DNA of 64,000 nucleotides from an uncultured Bifidobacteriaceae bacterium (GTDB lineage Bacteria > Actinomycetota > Acidimicrobiia > IMCC26256 > PALSA-555). Below, in pieces: positions 26,448-35,921 of the stretch. The translations under genes were made by a program, and so were the position numbers. The stretch's first letter is position 1; the number at the start of each line of letters is the position of its first letter. Location: positions 18,647 through 82,646 of the forward strand of contig CAZHKE010000011.1 of assembly GCA_964532485.1 (NCBI GenBank), read 5' to 3'. Below the pieces are notes generated by a model, which saw only the letters and a program-made list of their open reading frames with translations, made no database searches and had not been told where the DNA came from.

Positions 26448-27700
26448 TGCGGGGGCTCGGGCCACTGCTCGCGTCGGGCGTCGCTCCCCGACGCCGCGAA
26501 GCGCGCCGGGACGACTGCGCCGTCGCCATAGCGCTCACGCACCTTGTCGACCGTCCGCTCGAGTCGGCTGCGCTGCTCGTGGTCGGCGGCGTCGATGCCT
26601 GACTCGTCGGTGGGATCGAGCGCCAGCGCGGTCTGCACGGCTTCCGCCGACTGGAGCTGCTGCGCCGAGAGCCCGAGCAGCCGGATGCCCTCTCCCAGCT
26701 CGACGCTCGAGAGCAGCCCGATCGCGACGCGTGCGAGGTCGGCGGCGAGATCGACCGGCTCGGCAAGGGTCTTCGCGCGCGTGATCGTGCGAAAGTCGTG
26801 GTAGCGGAGCTTGAGCTGCACGGTCCGAGCGACGCTCGACGCCGCGCGCAACCTCGACGCGACCTTGTCGGAGAGTCGAGAGATCTCGTGCTCGAGCGTC
26901 GAGCGATCGACGATGTCCCGCGGGAACGTCTCCTCGTGCCCGATCGACTTCGCCACGCGGTCGGGCTCGACCGCGCGCTCGTCGACGTTCCAGGCGAGGG
27001 CGTGCAGGTGGATGCCCTGTGCCCGCCCGAGTGCGCTCACGAGCGTGTCCTCGGGCAACGCGGCGAGGTCGCCGACGGTCTCGACCCCGTAACGATCGAG
27101 CCGGCGCCGCGTCGCCGGCCCGACGCCCCAGAGCCGGTCGACCGAGAGCGGATGGAGCATCTCGAGCTCGGTGCCGGGCTCGATGACGAGCAAGCCGTCG
27201 GGCTTCGCGAGGTCGCTGCCGATCTTCGCCATCATCTTCGTGGTCGCGACGCCCACCGATGCGACCAGCCCGGCCTCGCCCTTGATGCGCATGCGCAGGT
27301 CCCGCCCGATCGTCGGACCGTCGCCCAGGAGCCGGCGCGCGCCACGCACGTCGAGGAACGCTTCGTCGAGCGAGACCGGCTCGACGACCGGCGTGACCGA
27401 GCGCAGGATCCCCATGACGGTCCGGCTCGCGGCTGCGTACGCGTCGAAGCGAGGCGAGAGGAACACCCCGCGTGGGCAGGCGCGTCTCGCCCGCGCCATC
27501 GGCATCGCCGAGAAGACGCCGAACTCGCGAGCTTCGTAGCTGGCCGCGGCGACGACACCCCGTGGGCCGAGACCGCCCACCACGACGGGTCGACCGCGCA
27601 AGCCCGGATCAGCGAGCTGCTCGACGGACGCGTAGAAGGCGTCGAGGTCGACGTGGAGGATCCCCGACGCCGACGGGGCCGACGTACGCTCCGTCGTCAC
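26444..27700 (-). CDS. dinB: DNA polymerase IV (DinB, Y-family)
   Basis: ILHVDLDAFYASVEQ, SLDEAFLDV, and little-finger and thumb regions are present. GTG 27700 overlaps the NUDIX stop (GTGA). The 582-aa track ORF is an artefactual 5' extension across the NUDIX gene. Confidence 0.9.
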   Translation of the reverse strand: MTTERTSAPSASGILHVDLDAFYASVEQLADPGLRGRPVVVGGLGPRGVVAAASYEAREFGVFSAMPMARARRACPRGVFLSPRFDAYAAASRTVMGILRSVTPVVEPVSLDEAFLDVRGARRLLGDGPTIGRDLRMRIKGEAGLVASVGVATTKMMAKIGSDLAKPDGLLVIEPGTELEMLHPLSVDRLWGVGPATRRRLDRYGVETVGDLAALPEDTLVSALGRAQGIHLHALAWNVDERAVEPDRVAKSIGHEETFPRDIVDRSTLEHEISRLSDKVASRLRAASSVARTVQLKLRYHDFRTITRAKTLAEPVDLAADLARVAIGLLSSVELGEGIRLLGLSAQQLQSAEAVQTALALDPTDESGIDAADHEQRSRLERTVDKVRERYGDGAVVPARFAASGSDARREQWPEPPQ

Positions 27701-28200
27701 GGGTCGGATCGCCGGACCTCGAGAGCTTCGCGCCGCGTCCCGCGCACGTCGTAGTCGTAGCCCCGAGCGCCGTCGGGCCCCCAACGCTCGGCCAGCCACT
27801 CCGACAAGGGCTCGTGCACCCACACCGCGCCTTGCGCCGCGCAGCGCTGCGCGCACTCGGCCGGGGGGAGGAACTCCGCCTCCACGACGATCCCGTCCGG
27901 ATCGTCGACGTACAGCTCGCCCTCGTACTCGACGGCGCGATGGATCTCGGCGCGCAGCGTCCACCCCAGATCGACCGCTACCGCGCGCACCTCGTAGATC
28001 GGGCCCTCCCAGCGCGTCACACGCAGGCCCGTCTCCTCCTCCACCTCGCGGGTCAGGCCGGCGAGGAGGTCGGCGTCGTCGTCGTCGATGACGCCTCCCG
28101 GAGTGCTCCAGTCGGTCCAACCCCCACGCCGCTGGTTGCGAACGAGGAGCACACCGTCTTGCGCCTCGACGAGCGCTCCGGCAACGAGCCACTCACGCAC
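27697..28200 (-). CDS. NUDIX hydrolase
   Basis: It has a Nudix box variant, GGVIDDDDADLLAGLTREVEEETGL. Confidence 0.85.
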   Translation of the reverse strand: MREWLVAGALVEAQDGVLLVRNQRRGGWTDWSTPGGVIDDDDADLLAGLTREVEEETGLRVTRWEGPIYEVRAVAVDLGWTLRAEIHRAVEYEGELYVDDPDGIVVEAEFLPPAECAQRCAAQGAVWVHEPLSEWLAERWGPDGARGYDYDVRGTRREALEVRRSDP

Positions 28201-28241
28201 TGCGGCGAGCCTACCGGTGCCCCTGACCGTACGATCAGGAC

Positions 28242-28523
28242 GTGCCCGACACCCCCGATGACCATGACGACATCTCGCGCGAGACGCCGTACCAGATGCC
28301 GTCGCGCACGGCGTTCCTGCTCGCGTTCTCGAGCGTCGTGGTCGCGGGCCTGTTCGGCGGCATCATCGGCTACGGGCTCGCCGATGTGGGGTGCACGGGC
28401 GACTGTGAGGGCTCGAAGCTCCTCGGCACGCTCATCGGATCGACGCTCGCGGCGGCGGGCGTCGGAATCGTCTCCGTGCTCGTGCTGCGCGCCATGGCCG
28501 AATGGAAGCGCAAGCCGCGCTGA
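28242..28523 (+). CDS. Hypothetical small membrane protein (2 TM, CxxxC between them)
   Basis: GC3 is high. TM segments are AFLLAFSSVVVAGLFGGIIGYGL and LIGSTLAAAGVGIVSVLVL. TACGAT (28230-28235) lies 6 nt upstream of GTG 28242, which suggests a leaderless mRNA. Confidence 0.6.
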   Translation: MPDTPDDHDDISRETPYQMPSRTAFLLAFSSVVVAGLFGGIIGYGLADVGCTGDCEGSKLLGTLIGSTLAAAGVGIVSVLVLRAMAEWKRKPR

Positions 28524-28538
28524 CACCGGCGCCCACGC

Positions 28539-29258
28539 TCACCCGAGCGTGAGGCGACGGAAGCCCTCCGCGTAGCGGACGCCCGCGGCACGCCCGGCCT
28601 CCTCGGCACTCTGACGCAGGAACTCGCGGAACCAGTCCCCCGTCTCGGTGAGCTGGCTGGCGTGCTGGAAGAGCGCGTCGATCTTGCGCTCCATCGTCGC
28701 GGTGACGTCGACCCAGCAGTTCGGCTCGAGGGTTCCCGAGAGGTACACCGTCGGAACGTGATGGACGGCGAGCCCTTCGGCGATGTGCTCGGCGAAGTAG
28801 TGCGGGTTGCCGGCTGCGGGTGCAACGGCGTCGAGCGTCGCCCAGCCCGTGACGCGGTGATCACGGTGGTTGACGTACGACTCACCGAAGAAGACGGCGG
28901 TGGGATCGGGGCAGAGCACGACGTCGGGGCGGAGCTCGCGCACGTGCCGCACGATCTGGCCGCGTATCCGCTCGTCGTCGACGAGCTCGCCGTCGTCGTA
29001 GTCGAGGTGGCGGTGCCCGGCGAGGCCGAGCTCGGCGCTCGACGCCGCGGTCTCCTCCACCCGCAGCCGCGCGAGCGCATCGAGGTCGACGTCGGGATCG
29101 TTGGTGCCCTTGTCACCGCGAGTGGTGATGAGGACCCACACCTCGGCGCCCGCGTCGGACCATCGGGCGAGCGTGCCGCCCGCGGAGATCTCCGGGTCGT
29201 CGGGATGGGCGTAGACGGCGAGGGCGCGCGTCGGCGCGGCGTCGACGAGCCCACTCAT
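28539..29258 (-). CDS. PIG-L / LmbE family N-acetylglucosaminyl deacetylase
   Basis: It has an AHPDDPE metal-binding motif and the HRDH motif. Confidence 0.85.
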   Translation of the reverse strand: MSGLVDAAPTRALAVYAHPDDPEISAGGTLARWSDAGAEVWVLITTRGDKGTNDPDVDLDALARLRVEETAASSAELGLAGHRHLDYDDGELVDDERIRGQIVRHVRELRPDVVLCPDPTAVFFGESYVNHRDHRVTGWATLDAVAPAAGNPHYFAEHIAEGLAVHHVPTVYLSGTLEPNCWVDVTATMERKIDALFQHASQLTETGDWFREFLRQSAEEAGRAAGVRYAEGFRRLTLG

Positions 29259-29268
29259 CGGGTTCGGA

Positions 29269-30063
29269 TCACCACGTCAGGCCGAGCGTCTGGCGCATCG
29301 CGGCTTCGAACTCCTCGTCGGTGCTCGTCGCCCGCACGGCCAGCACCATCTCGGCGTCGGCGCCCACGGGCCAGCGGAGCCGCGGCTCGTCACTCTCGAT
29401 CGCGTCGGCGATGACCGCCGCCACCGGTTCGGGCCCCGGCGGCTCCGAACCCCCGGTGAGCGCGCCGCGCGCTCTCTCCCATTCGCGCTCGAGCTCCTCG
29501 TATGGAGGGCTGACCTCGAAGCCGTACTCCTTGCTCTGGAACGCGGTGGCGAAGACACCGGGCTCGACGAGCCGCACCCGGATGCCGAAGTGGCCCACTT
29601 CGTAGTGCAGCGCCTCGGACAGGCCCTCCAGCGCGAACTTCGATGCCGAGTAGAAGCCGCCGAGCGGCGGGGCGATGCGGCCGGCGAGCGAGGTGACGTT
29701 CACGATCGTGCCCCTCCCCCGGTCGCGCATCTGCGGCAGCACCGCCTGGACCATGCGGACCGCACCGAAGAAGTTCGTCTCCATGATGCTGCGGGCACGC
29801 TCGACCGTGATCTGCTCGACCGGGCCCGACACGCCGAAGCCGGCGTTGTTGACGAGGACGTCGATCGCGCCGGCGGCGCCGACCGCGTCGCGGACGGACA
29901 CCTCGTCGTCGACGTCGAGCCGTAGCTTCGCCGCGACGTGGAGATCATCGAGCGTGTCGGGACGGCGAGCGGTCGCGACGACGTCATGGCCGCGGGTCGT
30001 CAGCTCGACGGCGGCTGCGTGACCGATCCCTGTCGAGCACCCCGTGATCAGGACCCTGCTCAA
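29269..30063 (-). CDS. Short-chain dehydrogenase/reductase (SDR)
   Basis: VLITGCSTGIGH (TGxxxGxG), NNAG and YSASKFAL (YxxxK) are present. TTG 30063 is preceded by GGGGGAG. The longer track ORF overlaps the ltaE 3' end. Confidence 0.85.
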   Translation of the reverse strand: MSRVLITGCSTGIGHAAAVELTTRGHDVVATARRPDTLDDLHVAAKLRLDVDDEVSVRDAVGAAGAIDVLVNNAGFGVSGPVEQITVERARSIMETNFFGAVRMVQAVLPQMRDRGRGTIVNVTSLAGRIAPPLGGFYSASKFALEGLSEALHYEVGHFGIRVRLVEPGVFATAFQSKEYGFEVSPPYEELEREWERARGALTGGSEPPGPEPVAAVIADAIESDEPRLRWPVGADAEMVLAVRATSTDEEFEAAMRQTLGLTW

Positions 30064-30098
30064 GTGGCTTCGTCTCCCCCGCTCTCTGCGGCTTCGCC

Positions 30099-31133
30099 TC
30101 AGGCCCGGGCGATCTCGCGCAGTGCGTCGATCGCGGCCTCGAGATCCTCGTCGTCGACGTCCTTGTGCGTGACGAAGCGTACGGTGCGCGCGTCGATCAT
30201 GCCCGAGCGCACGCCCCGCGCCTCGAGCTGCTCGATCACCCCGGCGGGGAGCGAAGTGACCGGTGCGCACACGATGTTCGTGCGCACCATGCTCGGATCG
30301 ACGCTGCCCGGGAAGAGCTCGGCGAGCACCTCGGCCAGCCGACGAGCGCGGGCGTGGTCGTCAGCCAGGCGCTCCACCATCGTCTCGAGCGCCACGATCC
30401 CCGCGGCAGCCACGACGCCGCCCTGGCGCAGGAGTCCACCGAGTCGGTTCCGCTGCTCGCGCCCGGCCGCGATCAGGTCCGTCGGCCCGCACAGCACCGA
30501 CCCCATCGGAGCCCCGAGCCCCTTCGAGAGGCAGAACATGAGGGTGTCAGCCGGCTCGGCGAGCTCCGCGGGCTCGACGCGCAGCGCCACCGCCGCGTTG
30601 CAGATGCGAGCGCCGTCGACGTGCACGGGGACTCCCGCCGGTCGGACGACCGACGTGATCGCCTCGACCTCGGCGCGGGCCAGTGGTCGCCCACAGGCGG
30701 GCATGTGCGTGTTCTCGATGACCAACGCCGCGATGTCGGGCCGCCCGTGCGGGATGTCGGCAATCGCGTCCGCGACCTCCTGCGGGTCGAGCTCCCCGCC
30801 GGCGTCGTCGAGCGGGTGCAGCTGGAGTCCCGCATGCATCGCCGCAGCCGCGTCCTCGTACCGATGCACGTGCGAGCGCGCGGGGCACAGCACCTCCGTG
30901 CCCGGACGTGCGAGCACGTGCAGCGCGACCTGGTTCGCCATGCGGCCCGACGCCGTGAACAACGCGGCCTCCTTGCCCATGAGTGCGGCCGCCAGCGCCT
31001 CGAGCCGCACCAGGGTCGGGTCCTCGCCGTAGGCGTCGTCACCGACCTCGGCGGCGGCCATCGCCGCGCGCATCTCCGGCGTCGGGTGGGTGACGGTGTC
31101 GGACCGCAGGTCGACGAGGCGCGGTGACGTCAT
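30099..31133 (-). CDS. ltaE: Low-specificity L-threonine aldolase (PLP-dependent)
   Basis: VDLRSDTVTHPTPEMRAAM...GDDAYGEDPT and the SKGLGAP lysine motif are present. Confidence 0.88.
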   Translation of the reverse strand: MTSPRLVDLRSDTVTHPTPEMRAAMAAAEVGDDAYGEDPTLVRLEALAAALMGKEAALFTASGRMANQVALHVLARPGTEVLCPARSHVHRYEDAAAAMHAGLQLHPLDDAGGELDPQEVADAIADIPHGRPDIAALVIENTHMPACGRPLARAEVEAITSVVRPAGVPVHVDGARICNAAVALRVEPAELAEPADTLMFCLSKGLGAPMGSVLCGPTDLIAAGREQRNRLGGLLRQGGVVAAAGIVALETMVERLADDHARARRLAEVLAELFPGSVDPSMVRTNIVCAPVTSLPAGVIEQLEARGVRSGMIDARTVRFVTHKDVDDEDLEAAIDALREIARA

Positions 31134-32035
31134 CAGCTCGGGGCGTCACCGTCGCCGCTGGGCCCGACCGGGCGGATGAGACCCTCCTGCATCACGGTGA
31201 CGGCGAGCGCGCCGTCGTCACGGAACACGTGCCCGAGCGCGAGGCCGCGTGCGTTCGACGCCGATGGGCTCATCTGGTGGTAGAGGAGCCAGTCGTCGGC
31301 TCGGAAGGGCCGGTGGAACCACATCGCGTGGTCGAGGCTGGCCATCTGGAAGTTGCCGTTGTACTCGATCGCGTGCGGCAGCGTCGCGGTGTCGAGCAAC
31401 GAGAGGTCGGACGCGTACGCGACGACGCATGCGTGGAGCAGCGGTTCGTCGGGCAACGTGCCGTTGGTGCGGATCCACACGTCCTGCGTCGGCTCGCGTG
31501 GTCCGGGTGCGAGCCACTTCGGGTCGTCCACGGGACGCGAGTCGATCGGTCGCTCGCGCCCCAGCCAGTCGATGAAGTCCTGACTGAAGCGGCCCAGGTG
31601 CGGTTCGATGCGCTCTCGGAAGCTCGGGAGCTCGTCCGGGGCTGGCACCACCGGCATGGGCATCGCATGGTCCGGGCCCGGTTCGACGATCTGGAACGAT
31701 GCCGCGAGGTTGAAGATGGCCCTGCCGTGCTGGATCCCGACGACGCGGCGTGTCGCGAACGACCGACCGTCGCGGATGCGATCGACTTCGTAGACGATCG
31801 GGACATTCGGGTCACCGGGCCGGAGGAAGTAGGAGTGCAGCGAGTGGACCGGCCGGTGGGGGTCGACCGTCCGGCCCGCGGCGACCAGCGCCTGCGCGGC
31901 GACCTGACCACCGAAGACACGCTGCTGGTCCTCGTCCGGGCTCCGGCCACGGAAGAGGTTGACCTCGAGCGGCTCGAGCTCGAGCAGGACCAGGAGCTCC
32001 GCGAGCGGTCCGGTCGTCGCGACCTCGTCGGTCAT
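31133..32035 (-). CDS. tesB: Acyl-CoA thioesterase II
   Basis: LELEPLEVNLFRGRSP...RVFGGQVAAQAL and a double hotdog architecture are present. The stop shares 1 nt with the ltaE ATG. Confidence 0.88.
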   Translation of the reverse strand: MTDEVATTGPLAELLVLLELEPLEVNLFRGRSPDEDQQRVFGGQVAAQALVAAGRTVDPHRPVHSLHSYFLRPGDPNVPIVYEVDRIRDGRSFATRRVVGIQHGRAIFNLAASFQIVEPGPDHAMPMPVVPAPDELPSFRERIEPHLGRFSQDFIDWLGRERPIDSRPVDDPKWLAPGPREPTQDVWIRTNGTLPDEPLLHACVVAYASDLSLLDTATLPHAIEYNGNFQMASLDHAMWFHRPFRADDWLLYHQMSPSASNARGLALGHVFRDDGALAVTVMQEGLIRPVGPSGDGDAPS

Positions 32036-33060
32036 CCGAAGAACACCTCGGCCTCGGCGAGGCGCTCCGGTGGCACGGTCTTGAGCTGGCCGACAGCATC
32101 GGCGATCGGGACGCGGACGATCTCGGTGCCTCGCAGCGCGACCATGATGTCGAAGTCACCGTCGTCGACGGCATCGACGGCAGCAAGCCCGAAGCGCGTC
32201 GCGAGGATGCGGTCGTAGGCGGTGGGTGTGCCCCCGCGCAGCAGGTGACCGAGCACGACGACCCGGGTCTCGAAGCCGGTGCGCTGCTCGAGCTCGGGCG
32301 CGAGCCGGGCCGCGATGCCGCCGAGGCGCACGTGACCGAAGTCGTCGACCCCGGCTTCCTGAGTCTCCATCGTGCCCTCGAGCGGCACTGCGCCCTCGGC
32401 AACGACGACGATCGAGTAACCCGCACCCCGAGTGTGACGGTGGCGGAGGCGCTCGGCGAGCTCGTCGACGTCGAACGGCAGCTCGGGGACCAGGATCGCG
32501 TCCGCACCGCCCGCCAGCCCGGAGTGCAGCGCGATCCACCCGGCGTGGCGCCCCATGACCTCGACGACGAGGACGCGATCGTGGCTCTCGGCCGTCGTGT
32601 GCAGCCGGTCGAGCGCCTCGGCGGCGATCTGCACCGCGGTGTCGAAGCCGAAGGTGTAGTCGGTGGCCGACAGGTCGTTGTCGATGGTCTTCGGGACGCC
32701 CACGCAGCGCACACCTTCCCCGGCCAGCCGATGCGCGACGCCGAGCGTGTCCTCGCCGCCGATCGCGATCAGCGCATCGACGTGCTCGCGAGCGAGCGTC
32801 CCCTGCAGGGACTCGATGCTGCCCGCCTCCTTGTACGGGTTCGTGCGCGACGTCCGGAGGATCGTGCCGCCGCGGCGCAGCAGACCCCGTGTCGCCTCGG
32901 TCGTGAGCTCGGTGACCTCGCCGTCGATGACGCCGCGCCAGCCGCGGTGGAACCCGAGGATCTGGTGCCCGCGGATTCCCTCGCCCTTGCGCACGACCGC
33001 CCGGATGACCGCGTTGAGACCGGGGCAGTCGCCGCCACCGGTGAGGATCCCGATTCGCAT
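32032..33060 (-). CDS. pfkA: 6-phosphofructokinase (actinobacterial PfkA type; residues suggest possible PPi dependence)
   Basis: MRIGILTGGGDCPGLNAVIRAVV, IGGEDT, PKTIDNDL and MGRHAGWIA are present. The start is ATG 33060; the track ORF extends spuriously to 33450. Confidence 0.9.
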   Translation of the reverse strand: MRIGILTGGGDCPGLNAVIRAVVRKGEGIRGHQILGFHRGWRGVIDGEVTELTTEATRGLLRRGGTILRTSRTNPYKEAGSIESLQGTLAREHVDALIAIGGEDTLGVAHRLAGEGVRCVGVPKTIDNDLSATDYTFGFDTAVQIAAEALDRLHTTAESHDRVLVVEVMGRHAGWIALHSGLAGGADAILVPELPFDVDELAERLRHRHTRGAGYSIVVVAEGAVPLEGTMETQEAGVDDFGHVRLGGIAARLAPELEQRTGFETRVVVLGHLLRGGTPTAYDRILATRFGLAAVDAVDDGDFDIMVALRGTEIVRVPIADAVGQLKTVPPERLAEAEVFFG

Positions 33061-33077
33061 TGCCAGCAATCCTGGCA
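33061..33077. promoter_or_regulatory. Perfect palindrome TGCCAG-caatc-CTGGCA in the 40-bp divergent pfk / hypothetical-gene spacer (operator candidate)
   Basis: Read directly. It abuts the pfk ATG. Confidence 0.3.
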
Positions 33078-33100
33078 GGCCGATCGCTACCCTCGTCGCC

Positions 33101-33556
33101 GTGCGCACGAGCACCCAGCGGATCACGGCGGCCGCCGAGGCGACGCTCGCACCCGGTGAGCGCGTGACGACGACGGGTACCGGCTGGGCCGCTGCACGGC
33201 GCGACAAGGTCCCGCTGCTGTTCCAGGCGCGACGCCAGTACTGGTTCGCGCTCACCGATCGGCGGCTGCTCGTCTTCGAGCGCCGCCGCCGTGGGCCGAC
33301 CGCCGACGACCTCGTGCTCGGGAAGCGCTTCGACTTCTTCACCCTCGAGGCCGTCAAGCGCGCCCGTCCGCTGCTCCAGGTGCGCATCAAGGGCGCGAAC
33401 GGGCGCCGCCAGGTGCTGGAGTTCCGGCCTGGCCAGCGAAGCATCGGCACCGAGCTCGTCGACCGTGTGCAGGGCCAGCCGGCACGGGCTCACGCACGCG
33501 CCGCGGGGGACGCGGCCGCCGACGCGACGACGGCGGCGTTCTGGGGTGAGCGCTAG
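33101..33556 (+). CDS. Hypothetical protein (151 aa; possibly a bacterial PH-like fold)
   Basis: GC3 is high by eye. The sequence ...YWFALTDRRLLVFERRRRGPTADDLVLGKRFDFFTLEAVKRARPLLQVRIKG... resembles a PH-like beta-sandwich pattern. TACCCT lies 7 nt upstream of GTG 33101, a leaderless-type arrangement. Confidence 0.55.
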   Translation: MRTSTQRITAAAEATLAPGERVTTTGTGWAAARRDKVPLLFQARRQYWFALTDRRLLVFERRRRGPTADDLVLGKRFDFFTLEAVKRARPLLQVRIKGANGRRQVLEFRPGQRSIGTELVDRVQGQPARAHARAAGDAAADATTAAFWGER

Positions 33557-33566
33557 GCCGTCGGTG

Positions 33567-35066
<1,500 letters not shown>

Positions 35067-35154
35067 TCCGACTCGTCGCCCGCCACGCACGGAGGTTCAC
35101 ACCCTGCGGGCGCGAGCGTCGCATGCCGGGACGAGGTGGTGGGGGCGCGCCTCG

Positions 35155-35862
35155 TCAGGCCGCGGTCGCAGCGGTGAGCGTCGGGACCTGTGCCACCTCG
35201 ACCGGGACGTCTTCGGCCTTCTTGGTCGCATAGGTGTTCCGGTACTCGTAGCGTCCGCACAGCTGCACGATCTCGAACATCACCTCGTCGGTCAGCTGGC
35301 GCAGCGCGAGCCGCTCGTCGGCGCTCGCGCGGTGCTCGGCTGCGATCGGGCTTCCGAAGCACACGTGCACGGTGCGGAAGAGGCGCGGCACCTTCTTCTC
35401 GGTGGGCTGGCACTCGTCGGTGCCGACGAGCCCGACCGGCACGACCGGGGCGCCGGTGCGCATCGCGAGCCGCGCCACGCCCGTGTGCCCGCGGTGTGTG
35501 TAGCCGTCGCGGCTGCGTGTGCCCTCCGGATAGATGCCGAAGACGCCGCCGCGCTGGAGCACCTCGGTCGCGGCGCCCAGCGCGCTCTCGCTCGCGGTGC
35601 CGCCATCGCGACGGATCGGGATCTGCCCGACGGAGCGGAAGAACCAGGCGGTCTTGACGTCGTCGAAGTACTCGGCCTTGGCAACGTAGGTGACCCGTCG
35701 CCGGATCACGAGCGGCAGGAAGATCGAGTCCAGGAACGACCGGTGGTTCGCCGCCAGGATCACCGGGCCCCGCGTCGGCAGGTGCTCTCGACCCTCGACC
35801 TTCACGCGGTAGACGACCCGCAAGATCGGCGTGAGCACGACCTTCATCAGCCAGTACGCCAT
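35155..35862 (-). CDS. plsC: 1-acyl-sn-glycerol-3-phosphate acyltransferase (PlsC family)
   Basis: The HxxxxD motif (ANHRSFLDS) and IYPEGTRS are present. The start is ATG 35862; the track ORF to 36627 is a shadow over the aminotransferase gene. Confidence 0.88.
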   Translation of the reverse strand: MAYWLMKVVLTPILRVVYRVKVEGREHLPTRGPVILAANHRSFLDSIFLPLVIRRRVTYVAKAEYFDDVKTAWFFRSVGQIPIRRDGGTASESALGAATEVLQRGGVFGIYPEGTRSRDGYTHRGHTGVARLAMRTGAPVVPVGLVGTDECQPTEKKVPRLFRTVHVCFGSPIAAEHRASADERLALRQLTDEVMFEIVQLCGRYEYRNTYATKKAEDVPVEVAQVPTLTAATAA

Positions 35863-35921
35863 CTGCGCGCTCAGACTAGAGCCAGATCGGCGACGGGACG
35901 AGGGCCTCGGCCGGAGATGCG

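Noticed and set aside
26444-28192. 582-aa ORF read as a single large DinB protein
   Set aside because: Its first about 164 codons are Arg/Gly-rich junk lying out of frame over a well-supported NUDIX gene. The DinB homology starts at GTG 27700, which overlaps the NUDIX stop.
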